NCBI GenBank assembly: GCA_963666315.2
Contig: CAXXHG010000040.1
Coordinates: 1 to 64,000 of the forward strand
Reading direction: 5' to 3'
Source: Candidatus Binatia bacterium
GTDB taxonomy: Bacteria; Desulfobacterota; Binatia; Bin18
DNA length: 64,000 bases
Positions 18,266 through 29,003 of this stretch are shown in pieces. Within the stretch, counting starts at the first letter, position 1. Each line of letters opens with the position of its first letter. The notes beneath the pieces are model-generated. The model had not been told where the DNA came from, did no database searches, and was given only the letters and a program-made list of their open reading frames with translations. Made by a program: the position numbers and the translations under genes.

Positions 18266-19480
18266 CTACGGCGCTTGCTCAAAAGGCCCCGGCAGATCCA
18301 GCTCTTTGCCCATTTCCTGCAGGGCGGGCAGGACGTCATGTTCCATCAACGCCAGGCAGCGCATGGTGTCCGCATGCCCGATGGTGCCGTCATTCGTCCA
18401 CACACCAAGAATGCCTGGACGGACCACACTCAGCACCGCCCGTAATTTTTTTATGACTGTATCCGGATTACCGACAATGACCCGATTGCTTTCGACTACC
18501 TTTTGCCAGCCGGCGGAATCGACGCCGCCGTACAGCGGGTCAGGCCGCAAGGCATAGCGTTTGTATTGATCCACAATGCGTTTGGCTCCTTCGCGTGAAT
18601 TATATCCAGGCGGGGCCATGAAATCGCCCGGCAAAGGCACGCGGCCGACACCGGCATTGCCTATCAAAAATCCTTTGCCGACCTCATACGCCTTTTCGTC
18701 TGTGTCCTGCACGTGTACGCGGACCAAATAGCCGAAGTTCTGCGGACCCGGCTCATAGCCGGCCTCTTTTGCCGCCTCGGTGTAGATCTCCGTCAGGTCC
18801 AAGGTCACCTGCGGGTCGGTTTCAAGGTAGATATAGGGGTAATGATGGCGGGCGCACCAGATTAATGTCTCAGGGCTGCCGACGCCGGGAACCCAGATCG
18901 GCGGATGTGGCTGTTGCAGCGGACGCACAAATGGGTTGACCACTCGAAACTGATAATGCTTGCCTTCCCAGCGAAACGGACCCGGGGTGGTCCAGGTTTT
19001 GATGATCAGGTCATGCGCCTCTTGAAAGCGCTCTCGATTATAGACTGGGTTGGTATTGGTCGCCCAGCTTTCGATGCCTGTCCCGCGCACAAAGCCGGAT
19101 ACGAGGCGTCCTCTGGAAATCATATCGATTTCCGCCAGCTCTTCTGCCAGACGCAGGGGGTTATCGAAGATCGGCAGAGGATTGCCGAGCAAGACGAGCT
19201 TGGCCCGTTTGGTCGTCCGGGCCAGAATCGCGGCTTCGAGATTCATGGCCGCGCCCATACAGGTTGGGGTATTGTGATGCTCGTTCAGCATCAGACCGTC
19301 AAAGCCGACTTCTTCGGCATACTCGTATTCGTCGAGATAGGCGTTATAGAGATCTGCACCTAAGGCCGGATCAAAATGGGAATTTGAAAATGTGAGCCGG
19401 ACGGAGCTGCGAAAGCTCTGGCGAACATCCTGTTCCGAGTAGTCCACATATGCCCGTTCCGTAAACCGCATGAGAAACAT
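18266..19480 (-). CDS. LLM-class flavin-dependent monooxygenase
   Basis: GFDGLMLNEHH, NPLRLAEELAEIDMISRGRLVSGFVRG, PLQQPHPPIW. Confidence 0.9.
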   Translation of the reverse strand: MFLMRFTERAYVDYSEQDVRQSFRSSVRLTFSNSHFDPALGADLYNAYLDEYEYAEEVGFDGLMLNEHHNTPTCMGAAMNLEAAILARTTKRAKLVLLGNPLPIFDNPLRLAEELAEIDMISRGRLVSGFVRGTGIESWATNTNPVYNRERFQEAHDLIIKTWTTPGPFRWEGKHYQFRVVNPFVRPLQQPHPPIWVPGVGSPETLIWCARHHYPYIYLETDPQVTLDLTEIYTEAAKEAGYEPGPQNFGYLVRVHVQDTDEKAYEVGKGFLIGNAGVGRVPLPGDFMAPPGYNSREGAKRIVDQYKRYALRPDPLYGGVDSAGWQKVVESNRVIVGNPDTVIKKLRAVLSVVRPGILGVWTNDGTIGHADTMRCLALMEHDVLPALQEMGKELDLPGPFEQAP

Positions 19481-19621
19481 ACCGGGGGCCCCTCCTTTCT
19501 CTACCCGGACACTATCTTGTCCTGCGCATAAGTATCAAGACGAAGATCAAGAGCGAGCAAAGCGTCAGACTTGACTCTTGGGAGCAGGCCTAGTAGGGGT
19601 AGCGGCAAAGGAGGACAGTTT

Positions 19622-20038
19622 ATGGCCAAGACATATGTGAAGCAGACGATCTCGTACGAATCCGCCGCAAAAATGGTGGCTGCCGCTGTGACAAAAGCGG
19701 CACAGCTGGGGTGTAAACAGAATGTGGCGGTGGTTGACGATGGAGGTAATCTCAAAGCGTTTGGGCGTATGGATGGTGCCGCGCTGCTTGGTCTTGAGGG
19801 CTGCCAACGCAAGGCGTTTACAGCGTTATTCGGGGTGGGAACCCAAGATCTGTACAACGCTATTAAAGAAGATCAGTCGCTGGTGATCGGTCTGTCGCAC
19901 TTCTCGCGCGCGACGATGGTCGGCGGTGGGCTCCCCATTGTCGTCGATGGCGAGGTCATTGGCGGGATAGGCGTTGGCGGTGGAACGGTTGATGAAGATG
20001 TTGCCTGCTCCCAGGCCGGACTCGATGCTCTTGATTGA
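19622..20038 (+). CDS. GlcG/HbpS family haem-binding protein
   Basis: VAVVDDGGNL..RMDGA, KAFTA, GGGLPI..GGIGVGGG..EDVAC; SD aggagg. Confidence 0.88.
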   Translation: MAKTYVKQTISYESAAKMVAAAVTKAAQLGCKQNVAVVDDGGNLKAFGRMDGAALLGLEGCQRKAFTALFGVGTQDLYNAIKEDQSLVIGLSHFSRATMVGGGLPIVVDGEVIGGIGVGGGTVDEDVACSQAGLDALD

Positions 20039-20074
20039 TACCAAGAGTACGGCCGCTGCCTGAGACCTGTATTA

Positions 20075-21905
20075 CTACGCTGCGTTTTTCTTGAACGGCA
20101 GTGCTTTCGCGAAAAAACCGAGCGCCTTTTTTAGCTTTGATGGAGAATCTTCATCCGGGCTGAGGACGGCTTCGGTACAGGCTTGATCTCGCCCCTGCTC
20201 TTTAGCGTAGTATGAAGCTTGATCGGCGCGTTCGAGAAAGGTCTCAGGGCTGTCTTCCGGACACAAGGCGGCCACACCTACACTCAGCGTCACCTGTAGG
20301 ACAGCTGTTTCATACGACAAACTGGTCCGACGGAAGAGATCACATAATTGCTGCGCGATCTGAGTGGCAGTTTCCAGCTCAGTCCGAGGCAGCAGAATGC
20401 AGAATTCATCGCCACCATAACGGGCGAGAAAGTCTGCGGGACGCAGGGTAGAGCGCACACACGTTGAGATAGTTTTCAGCACCTGATCCCCGGCCTGATG
20501 GCCGTAGGTATCGTTAATGGTTTTGAAGTGATCGATGTCAAACATGATGAGGCAACACGGCTCTTCCCTCTCCTGGGACGTCGCCAGCGTCAGACCAAGC
20601 TGTTCGTTAAAGGCGAGCCAATTGGCAATGCCGTCGAGCAATGGGTCTCGGTACACCTGCCGTTGCATATCTGAAAGGCGATCGTTTGCTTCCTGCATCT
20701 GTTGTTCGAGACTCTGAATCTTTGCCTCAAAGGCGGCCGCCTGTTTTGCATCAAACTCGCGTTTTGTTTGAACCACCACGCGCATGCGCTCGGTTTTTCC
20801 GTAATCAGATGATGCACGGCTGTCAGATCGGTGAACTGTGTCGCCTCTGTCAGAGCCGCTAAATAGCCTTCGACGGTCTGGATGAACTTGGCGTTATCAG
20901 CGCTGACTTCTTTCTGATTTACCACGAGGGAGGGTGCGAAATTGCTCTCAACCTCGGCTAATTTTGTGGCAATGTCACGCAGAACCTCGGCGGCTTTCAG
21001 ACGCTCGTCTGCATGCAGCAGAGTATATTGTTTCAGAAGATCGTCGAACTGATGGTGGAGGTCTTCGATGCGGGACAACAGGCCAGAGGGCTGAATAGTC
21101 TTTGTCACCTGAGCGATCCGTTCGGCCAGGGCCGGCTGGTTCTCTTGCGACAGATGCTCCATGGCAGAGGCAAACAGGGTACGCAGCTGTGGTTCAGCTT
21201 CGTTGTTTTTGTGCCGAACGACACTGTCCGTGTTCGACTTTCCCGCGTATTGATTTTCTTTTGTGGTATTCCGGTGTCGTGACCCAGAGGGAGGGCGAGA
21301 AGCCTCTGCGTGTTGAGAGAGCTGGGCGCTGTGTGTTGCCTGCTGCGGGTCGGATTGTTTCGTACTGCCTTCACTCCTGTGCCGTGACCCGGGCGGTTGA
21401 CTGTCTGTGTTAACACTCCCGTGTTGTGGCCGGGAAGGTTGTGACCGGGAAGAAGGACGAGAAGCATCTGGCCTGGTTTCTGGTTGAGCGAGAGAGGGGG
21501 AAGCCGGCGTCGGCGAGGTCGCTTTCTTGTGTAGCTGCTGTTCCACCTGTGTCTTGCGAACCGCTTGTAGCGCCGGCGGCTGACGCGTCGGATTCTCGTC
21601 TGCCTGCCGTGTAATACGGTCCGTCAGGTCCGTAAGAATCAGCTCCAGCGTTGGCCGGTCGATGCCCTTTTTGAGTTCTGATTTGAGACGATCGAGGATA
21701 GGAACACAGTCCGGCTCTGCAGCATCCTTTGCCAGAAACACGGGCAGGGTGACAATTTTTCGAGAGTACGTTCTTTGTCCTGAAACTCTCGTTCCTGATC
21801 ATCAAGCTCGTTCAGGGCTTGGCGCAGTCGTGTCTTGAGACGCCGTTCCTGTTGATCGAGGGTTTCTGCACGGCTAGCCAGCAATTGCTTGCGCGTCGCT
21901 CTCAC
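20075..21905 (-). pseudogene. Coiled-coil GGDEF diguanylate cyclase split by two frameshifts
   Basis: Three overlapping ORFs (21639-21905, 20590-21741, 20075-20785); DIDHFKTINDTYGHQAGD, ARYGGDEF. Confidence 0.75.
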
Positions 21906-22116
21906 GGCATGTCCTCACTTCCTCTTGGTACTTCTTGGTACTGGTATCGGCGAGAAAGTCGTGAAGATTAGGGCACGTCTCATTCGAATGTGGTCAGATT
22001 CATCTCTACACACATACGACTGGGATTCGTGTATAGGTTGGCCGATCAGGTCGCGGGACCTGGAGGATCTGCAGGTCCTGCAAGATCTGCAGGTTTTGCT
22101 CAAGCAAAGGAGCCGA

Positions 22117-22443
22117 CTATTCGGTCGTTTTCGATGGGAGCTGATCTAGGGTACAGATACCTTTTTCGATCAGGACTTTTTCAAACGAGGCAAGCCAATT
22201 CTCGTAATAGCCAGGAAAAGACGTGTCCGGGGATTGGGCTTTCGCTTTGTCCGCAGCGTCAATTTCTGCGATCAGATGGTCGCGAAATTCGTCCCACTGG
22301 TAGTGGCCTTGTTCACACAGGGCGACTGCCAGAGCAAAGGCCCGACGTTCCCAGGCATCGTGGAAAACGAGCTCGCCATTCTTACGAGGCAGGACCGCGT
22401 CCCCTTCGATATTTGAAATATTGCGGTTCGGCGTTAATTTCAT
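22117..22443 (-). CDS. Nitrile hydratase accessory protein (P14K/NhhG-like)
   Basis: [42 protein letters not shown]; coupled to the alpha subunit. Confidence 0.88.
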   Translation of the reverse strand: MKLTPNRNISNIEGDAVLPRKNGELVFHDAWERRAFALAVALCEQGHYQWDEFRDHLIAEIDAADKAKAQSPDTSFPGYYENWLASFEKVLIEKGICTLDQLPSKTTE

Positions 22444-23102
22444 GCTACGCGAGACTCGGCCTTGGTCACGCCGAGCATTGCATCCCTGGTGACCAGAGCT
22501 ACGAGTTCTTCTTCACTCATACCCTCGGTTCCCGCTGGACGCTCGGGCAGGACCATGTAACGGATCTCGGCGCTGCTGTCCCAGACCTTAATGGCAACCG
22601 ACTCATCAAGGGTAAGGCCGAAATCGTGCAGCACTCCACGCGGATCAACAACAGACCGTGACCGATACGCGGCTTCCTTGAACCATGCCGGGGGGAGGCC
22701 TAAGACCGGCCAGGGGTAGCACGAGCACAGGGTGCAGACGACCAGGTTGTGGACACTGGGAGTGTTTTCGACCACGACCATATGTTCGCCTTGCAGGCCG
22801 CTAAAGCCCAGTTCAGCAATGGCTGGGGTGGCATCTTTGAGTAGGCGTTCCTTGTACGCCGGGTCGACCCAAGCCCGGGCAACAACCTTCGCGCCATTGA
22901 GCGGGCCGATGTCGTTCTCGTAGGTTTCCACCATCTTGTCGAGTGTCTCAGCCGACACCAGGCCCTTTTTGATCAATAAGGATTCCAGTGTTCGGACACG
23001 TTTTTCAAGCGCTTCCGTCTGTTCCGGAGTGGTGTGTTTCTCAAGATATGGATTCGGCGGTGCGCTGTGGGCGCTACTGCCGTGAGAATGTTCATTGCCC
23101 AT
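22440..23102 (-). CDS. nthA: Nitrile hydratase alpha subunit, cobalt-type
   Basis: [11 protein letters not shown] (Co-type motif), [29 protein letters not shown]. Confidence 0.95.
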   Translation of the reverse strand: MGNEHSHGSSAHSAPPNPYLEKHTTPEQTEALEKRVRTLESLLIKKGLVSAETLDKMVETYENDIGPLNGAKVVARAWVDPAYKERLLKDATPAIAELGFSGLQGEHMVVVENTPSVHNLVVCTLCSCYPWPVLGLPPAWFKEAAYRSRSVVDPRGVLHDFGLTLDESVAIKVWDSSAEIRYMVLPERPAGTEGMSEEELVALVTRDAMLGVTKAESRVA

Positions 23103-23113
23103 GGTCGTTCTCC

Positions 23114-23773
23114 TTAGGCTGGATCGAGATAGTCTTCCCACAAATCGATATACAGACTGTCTGCGCCAGAAACGTCCGGGCCCCAGAGTTCATGCGCATC
23201 AAAACACACAGAATACAGAGGCTGGGGCTGCTCGCCTTTTCCGTGGGCATTGGTGTCCGGGTAGACGAAGGTGCCGTGGACCTGGGCGATCACGCCGTTT
23301 TTGCCGCGCACATAGCGTGGCAGGCGCGTATGTCCGGTCGGATTGAGATTGCGCGCTTGGACTCTGTTTCCCGCCTTGAAACGAGGGGTGAGTCTGCCTG
23401 TTTCTCGATTGGTGGGTGCACCCGCATGAACGACTGCCGAGACTGCTTCAGGCGGTAGTGGCCCTTCTGCTTCCTTGCCTGTCTCTGTTGCGGTTCCAGT
23501 CGCAAGCTCTTCTGGTGTGAGCAGGCCTTTTTCTAGTGCGAGTGTTTCAAGCGCCGCAAGCCAGTGTTCGTAATATGTTGACGACAAATAATGAGCCGGG
23601 TCCATGCGCTCGACGGCGTGCCGGAATCCGTCCAGCGTATCCAGCTGCCCCATGCCGAGCATGGTCATCGCAAACATTCGTTTTTCCCACTCGGCATGGA
23701 AGACCGGCTCATTCTCTTCCGGTTTGACCGGGCCGAAGCAGGTCATGCCGCCCATGTCATGTATGCCATTCAT
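23114..23773 (-). CDS. nthB: Nitrile hydratase beta subunit
   Basis: [42 protein letters not shown]. Confidence 0.95.
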   Translation of the reverse strand: MNGIHDMGGMTCFGPVKPEENEPVFHAEWEKRMFAMTMLGMGQLDTLDGFRHAVERMDPAHYLSSTYYEHWLAALETLALEKGLLTPEELATGTATETGKEAEGPLPPEAVSAVVHAGAPTNRETGRLTPRFKAGNRVQARNLNPTGHTRLPRYVRGKNGVIAQVHGTFVYPDTNAHGKGEQPQPLYSVCFDAHELWGPDVSGADSLYIDLWEDYLDPA

Positions 23774-23857
23774 GTGAATTTCCCCTCAGTTTCAGCACTT
23801 AGACAAAACCCTAACACCCGCCCTATTGAGGGTCAATGAATTTTGACTGGCATGAGT

Positions 23858-24670
23858 CTACGATTTATTGTCGGATTCCTGCAGCCACGCCTGGGCGACT
23901 TCGAGATGGGTGGCAAACCAGACACCCTCATGCCCCAATATATGTTGGATGAGGCGTTCCAACATAGCCATGCGCGAACGACGTCCAATGATTTGCGGAT
24001 GCATGACGATGCTGAGAAAGCCTCCATCGGCATATGCCCCGTCAAACTCGGCGTGCCAAATTTCGTACACCTTGTTCTGGCTCGACATGCCAGCGTAGTA
24101 GGGAGAAAAGCTAAACAGGAAATGCGCTGCGTCGTCCAGCTCCCAGCTATAGGGGACTTCGAGCAGCTGGCGGCTGGTCTGTAGAGTAGTCAGCCAGTAC
24201 GGATCGTCATCGCCAACCAGACTGCTGTCATACACAAAATCATTGTCGAGCAAGAGATCGAGTGTGTGCGGACCAGTATTGCCGGCTGGGGAGCGGTAGC
24301 CTTTGGGTGCTGTGCCGGTAATGCGTTTGAGGCTCTCCGTGCCTTTGAGTAAAACCTCGAGTTCAACTTCACGTCCCTTGTTCCCGACAAATTCGTGCTC
24401 ATAACCATGATGTCCGATCTCATGCCCGTCGGCATACATCTGTTCAACCAAATGGGGATATTTATCGGCTGACCAACCTGGCACGAAAAAGGTGGCCTTC
24501 AGGTCGTATTTTTTGAGTAGATTGAGAATGCGTGGTACCCCAGCCCGCGCGCCATACTCCCCACGTGACATCTGGCCGGGGTAGGGCTGCCGCATCGTCT
24601 TAAACCAGAGCGTCTCCGCATCAAAATCAAAACTCAGTCCAACTGCGCAACGTTTGCCGTTCGGCCACAT
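23858..24670 (-). CDS. Polysaccharide deacetylase / PuuE-like (CE4) amidohydrolase
   Basis: MWPNGKRCAV.LSFDFD, ATFFVPG, HEIGHHGYEH, GYRSP, YDSS, MHPQIIG. Confidence 0.88.
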   Translation of the reverse strand: MWPNGKRCAVGLSFDFDAETLWFKTMRQPYPGQMSRGEYGARAGVPRILNLLKKYDLKATFFVPGWSADKYPHLVEQMYADGHEIGHHGYEHEFVGNKGREVELEVLLKGTESLKRITGTAPKGYRSPAGNTGPHTLDLLLDNDFVYDSSLVGDDDPYWLTTLQTSRQLLEVPYSWELDDAAHFLFSFSPYYAGMSSQNKVYEIWHAEFDGAYADGGFLSIVMHPQIIGRRSRMAMLERLIQHILGHEGVWFATHLEVAQAWLQESDNKS

Positions 24671-24814
24671 GGAAACCTCCTTTGTTTGGAGAAACCGACT
24701 CGCTCCCGACCGGAGCAGTTGAGAATAGCGAGCTGCGATTCTCAATTAAAACATTGCAAAGCATTTAATAAAGGAGGTCCCCGCTTCTTTATTTGATGGT
24801 ATGTATACCAACAG

Positions 24815-25127
24815 ATGGCGAGGCCACGAAGAACGCGAGCGAGAGAAGTTTATCGCTTCAAAGAACCAGTAGAATCAACATCGCTCATAATTGAGGTTGC
24901 CATTTTTGAATTTTCTCCGACAAAAAAACCCGGATTGCACGGCATACCGGCTCCAGCTCTACGAGCGAGAAAGTGGAGTAACCGTTCTCCGCTATGATTT
25001 TGAACAAGGTAAGGGACATCATAGACACTTGCGGGGAAACGAACTCCCCTACGAGTGGCGAGGCGTTGAGCGGCTTCTTTTCGACTTTCGCCGGGACGTT
25101 GAGTTAGCGAAGAAAGGACGCTTATGA
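24815..25127 (+). pseudogene. DUF6516/TumE-like toxin, frameshifted in an A7 run
   Basis: YRLQLY..VLRYDFEQGKGHHRH..PYEW..LLFDF; ATG at 24815 is out of frame across 24922-24928. Confidence 0.65.
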
Positions 25128-25513
25128 AGTTAAAACGGATTAAGATTATCGTGCAGCCGGAGGAAGATTTTTTCGAGCAAGTAGGCGAGGCGTTTTCTGC
25201 CGTTTCCAAAGCCTCACGGAAAGGCGAAAAAATCTCGCGCCCTACCCCGGTTCTGTCTTTCCCCAGTATCAAGGAAATGGCTCGGATGCTTACTCCAAAA
25301 CGACTTGAACTGCTGACGCTGATCCGAAGAAACCACCCCCAATCAGTGCGCCAATTGGCCTAATTGGCCGGACGAAATATTAAAAATGTCAGTACGGATC
25401 TAAGAGTTTTGGAGAACCTTTGACTGGTCGAAGCTGAAGAGCGGGAGTCACCTCGCCATCGCAAACGTCCGGTGAGTACTTTTGATCGACTGGATATGGA
25501 GGTGTATCTGTAA
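25124..25513 (+). pseudogene. HTH antitoxin/regulator (HVO_A0114-like) with two in-frame stops
   Basis: LSFPSIKEMARMLTPKRLELL..PQSVRQLA*LAGRNIKNVSTDLRVLENL*LVE. Confidence 0.75.
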
Positions 25514-26196
25514 TCCCTGTAGGTGCTTCATACTTGGTTTACGTACAGATTGCCGTCGCTATGAAGATTTTACGGTCCCTACGTATTCATGGCCAGTAAA
25601 TTTTTAACCTCCGCTAATCCCTCCTGATTTGCAACAGGTAGGTGCCGCGTGAGTAGCACGGCTGTCTCGTAAACTTCTTGAGGGATTTGTTTCTCTGCTT
25701 TTTCTATTATCCCCTTCCACCATTTGTAGAATTCAGAGATGCGGTTTGTTTGATTGCTGTTTGCGGTCACTACGAGCATAGCGTTCAGAATTGACAGATA
25801 TTGTGCAGGTTGCTGCGCCATCTTTATCTAGGCGTCTGTCAGTTTTTCGGTAACAGCATTCTGCACGTCAGGATCTTTTGCCGCGTCAGCTCATTGAGCC
25901 AGAGCCATAAAAACAATGGAGAACTCTTTCTCCCTTTGCCACTGTGAAAGGTCCAGGAAAGTGACTGCCTGTCGAAGGGAATCGACCAAGGTAAAAAAGC
26001 CCTATTAGCTTAGGGCGAGAATGTATCCCGGAAAGATCTAGATAGCATTTCCTAGATATACCCGAATCAGATTGCGAAAAAGAGAGTAATAGAGTTCATA
26101 GCGGTGGATATATCTTAGGAAAATTCTAGTAGGTTGCGCTTGTCTAGGCTTTCCGGCAGATAGAAGCAAAGGAAAACGGAGAGCAAAGAGCAGAAT

Positions 26197-26991
26197 ATGA
26201 CCAAATTCTTCGACGGACCAAAACCCAGATTGTTTGGCCATCGTGGTGCCAGCGGCGAGGCACCGGAAAATACCATGGCGGCGTTTCAGCGGGCTGTGGA
26301 TCTAGGAGTCGAATACATTGAGCTGGATGTCCAGGCGGCTAAAGATGGTCCGATTATGGTCATTCATGATGGGACTATCGAGCGGACGACAAATGGCCTG
26401 GGTGGAGTGAGCGCATACTCCCTGGCCGCACTCCAGCAGCTTGATGCCGGCTATCGGTTTTCGCCCGATGACGGCAAGACCCTGCCCTTTCGTGCCTCTG
26501 ATGTCATTATTCCGTCGCTGAGAGAAGCGCTTGGCAGCTTCCCGAACGTGAAGTTTACGGTTGAGATTAAACAATCAGATCCGCCCATCGAAGAGCAGGT
26601 GATTGCTGTTGTGAGAGACTGCAGCAAAGCCGATGATGTGAGCCTGGCCTCAGAACATGACGCTGTTCTCGTCCGTGCTAGAGCGCTGGCGCCGGATATC
26701 CCGACTAACCTTGGCTATAGCGAGGTTGCCGATTTTATCCAGCGCGTTGCCACCGGTCAGCTAGAAGGATATCAGCCGCCTGGCCAGGCGCTTCAAATTC
26801 CACCCAAGTATCAAGACATAGCCTTGGTGACGGAACAGACCGTTGCGGCTGCACATCGGCTCGGTTTAGAGATTCATGTCTGGACGATTAATGATCCACA
26901 TGAGATGAATAGCTTACTTGATCTTGGGGTAGACGGAGTGATGTCGGACTTTCCTGGGCGGTTGTTGGAACTGGTGAAGGGGCGAGGCTGA
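26197..26991 (+). CDS. Glycerophosphodiester phosphodiesterase
   Basis: GHRGASGEAPENT, ELDV, IHD, VEIK, WTIND, GVDGVMSDFP. Confidence 0.92.
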   Translation: MTKFFDGPKPRLFGHRGASGEAPENTMAAFQRAVDLGVEYIELDVQAAKDGPIMVIHDGTIERTTNGLGGVSAYSLAALQQLDAGYRFSPDDGKTLPFRASDVIIPSLREALGSFPNVKFTVEIKQSDPPIEEQVIAVVRDCSKADDVSLASEHDAVLVRARALAPDIPTNLGYSEVADFIQRVATGQLEGYQPPGQALQIPPKYQDIALVTEQTVAAAHRLGLEIHVWTINDPHEMNSLLDLGVDGVMSDFPGRLLELVKGRG

Positions 26992-27059
26992 AAAGAAGAG
27001 GGCAGCGACATAGGGCATCAGTCACAACTTAAGCCTTAGTCGGGCTACTCGGCGTTCTA

Positions 27060-27132
27060 TCCCCTCCTTGGAGGGGTGGCCGAAGGCCGGGGTGGGTGGC
27101 CGGACAGGCCCGAAACCCACCCCGCCGCTACG
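27060..27132. repeat. REP-like palindromic repeat (CCCCTCC-GGAGGGG family)
   Basis: cccctccttggagggg-ggccgaaggcc-ggggtgggt...acccacccc nested hairpins between convergent genes. Confidence 0.65.
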
Positions 27133-27154
27133 AAGAACTTGGTGTTCGCTACCC

Positions 27155-27991
27155 TCAGCTGATTTTGGGCATCACCTCGGTTGCGAAGCGTTCAATGCCG
27201 CGGCGGAAAGTCTCTGCGTCCGTGTAGCGCCCTAGACCCAGGATATAGTAATTGGCCCCGGCTTCTTGCATGGCCGAGATGCGGTCTATCATCGGCTCGG
27301 GACTCCCTTCGCGGATCATGCCGCCGACGATCAGATCCGGCATAGACCGGTCGTGCTTTTCTGACTCCTCTTTTAAATGTGCGGCGATCCGGGCCAGCTC
27401 GCCTGACTGGAGTCCGATCGGATAATAGCCGTCGCCATATTTAATCGTCCGCTCGATTGCTTTCGGCCCCATGCCACCAATCCAGAGAGGCGGGCGGGCC
27501 GGACGCGGCGCGAAAACAAATTCCGGGAATTTGATATGTGTACCATCGTAGGAACTCACATCATTGTCGAATAATTGATGCATGACTTCGAGAGTTTCAT
27601 TGGTGAGTGCGCCGCGTTTGCGTGGATCAACTCCCAAGGCTTCAAATTCCGGTCGCAGCCAGCCTACTCCCGCACCTAGGATGATGCGTTCGCCCGATAA
27701 CTCTTGGAGTGTGGCAATTTGTTTGGCCATATATACCGCAGGACGGTAGGGAAAGACAAGGACGGAAATGCCGAGCCGGATTCTTTGGGTCAGTGCCGCA
27801 AAATACGCCAGCGTGGTCAATGGCTCAAAATAACGTCCGTCTGAGCCCTCGGTTTGATCAGGCGGAATAGCCAGGTGATCGACCACAAACGCCGCATCAA
27901 AGCCGGCTTCTTCTACCGCCTTGGCGCATGCGCCGAGCGTTTCTCGGGTTGCTGTTGGACCCATATTGCGGATGACAACACCAAATTTCAT
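27155..27991 (-). CDS. LLM-class, probably F420-dependent, oxidoreductase
   Basis: GFDAAFVVDHLAIP, EPLTTL, LGAGVGWLRPEFEALG, PPLWIGG. Confidence 0.85.
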   Translation of the reverse strand: MKFGVVIRNMGPTATRETLGACAKAVEEAGFDAAFVVDHLAIPPDQTEGSDGRYFEPLTTLAYFAALTQRIRLGISVLVFPYRPAVYMAKQIATLQELSGERIILGAGVGWLRPEFEALGVDPRKRGALTNETLEVMHQLFDNDVSSYDGTHIKFPEFVFAPRPARPPLWIGGMGPKAIERTIKYGDGYYPIGLQSGELARIAAHLKEESEKHDRSMPDLIVGGMIREGSPEPMIDRISAMQEAGANYYILGLGRYTDAETFRRGIERFATEVMPKIS

Positions 27992-28293
27992 TCGTCTTCT
28001 CCTTCTCCGTCTTGAAACAGACGTTCAGCCAAGTCCTCGGCAAGAGCCGAGCGCTCGTCTTCGTCCTCACGAAGCAGATCAAAGGACAAGTTCATTAACA
28101 TCTTTCCGAGCACTTCGCGTTGGAGAACATTGAGGCTGACGGCGTGCGGTTGCTCCTCTTCGAGCAGAGTCAAGAGCGTTTCCATAGAACGGACACCCGT
28201 GTCATTCTCCTGCCGAGCCAACCGGTCTCCAGCCATACCTGCGGCTTGATGGAGTAAAGCAGCCTCTTCAGCCGTGAGGGGATAAGAGGACAT
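27988..28293 (-). CDS. Small acidic hypothetical protein
   Basis: 101-aa ORF with ATGA overlap to the LLM gene. Confidence 0.65.
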   Translation of the reverse strand: MSSYPLTAEEAALLHQAAGMAGDRLARQENDTGVRSMETLLTLLEEEQPHAVSLNVLQREVLGKMLMNLSFDLLREDEDERSALAEDLAERLFQDGEGEDE

Positions 28294-28312
28294 GGTTAAT
28301 ATCTATTACGTA

Positions 28313-28342
28313 AGGGATTGGGGGCTGGGGGTTGGGGATTAG
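28313..28342. repeat. Solo 7-bp tandem repeat array after leuD
   Basis: agggatt gggggct gggggtt ggggatt, the same unit type as the four-helix-bundle flanks. Confidence 0.7.
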
Positions 28343-28352
28343 CCCCTTTTCC

Positions 28353-28973
28353 TTACTGTAAATCCGGAAACAGCCAGGGTGCTTTGTCTTTGCGGCGTTG
28401 CTCATACGCGGTGATATCCGCCTCGTTTTGCAGCGTGAGCTCAATTTCATCCGAGCCGTTCAGCAGACAGTCTTTCCGAAACGGATCAACGTCGAAATGA
28501 AAATTCGTCCCACTCGGCGTGGTGACAGTCTGCGCTGCTAAATCGATGGTGAGTTGATAGCCCGGCTGGGCCTCGACTTCTTTGAATAATTGATCGATTT
28601 CCTCGTTTTTTAAGACAACTGGAAGCATGCCGTTTTTGAAGCAATTGCCAGAAAATATGTCGGCAAAGCTGGGTGCGATGACGCACCGAAAGCCATAGTC
28701 TAACAAGGCCCACGGCGCATGTTCACGAGACGATCCGCAGCCAAAGTTAGCGCGTGCCAGGAGAATGCTCGCCCCTTCGTAGCGCCGCTGATTTAATACA
28801 AAGCCGTCCTGTGGATTGCCGTCGCTTGCGTAGCGCCAATCGGAGAATAAGCCTTCACGCATACCCGTGCGCTTAATGGTTTTCAGATATTGCTTAGGGA
28901 TAATTTGATCGGTATCAACATTAACTCGGTCGAGCGGGGCAAGAATGCCTGTGAGCGTCGTAAAAGCGTGCAT
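28353..28973 (-). CDS. leuD: 3-isopropylmalate dehydratase small subunit
   Basis: [34 protein letters not shown]. Confidence 0.97.
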   Translation of the reverse strand: MHAFTTLTGILAPLDRVNVDTDQIIPKQYLKTIKRTGMREGLFSDWRYASDGNPQDGFVLNQRRYEGASILLARANFGCGSSREHAPWALLDYGFRCVIAPSFADIFSGNCFKNGMLPVVLKNEEIDQLFKEVEAQPGYQLTIDLAAQTVTTPSGTNFHFDVDPFRKDCLLNGSDEIELTLQNEADITAYEQRRKDKAPWLFPDLQ

Positions 28974-29003
28974 AGCGTTTTCCTTTGTGTCTACAGCAAG
29001 GGA

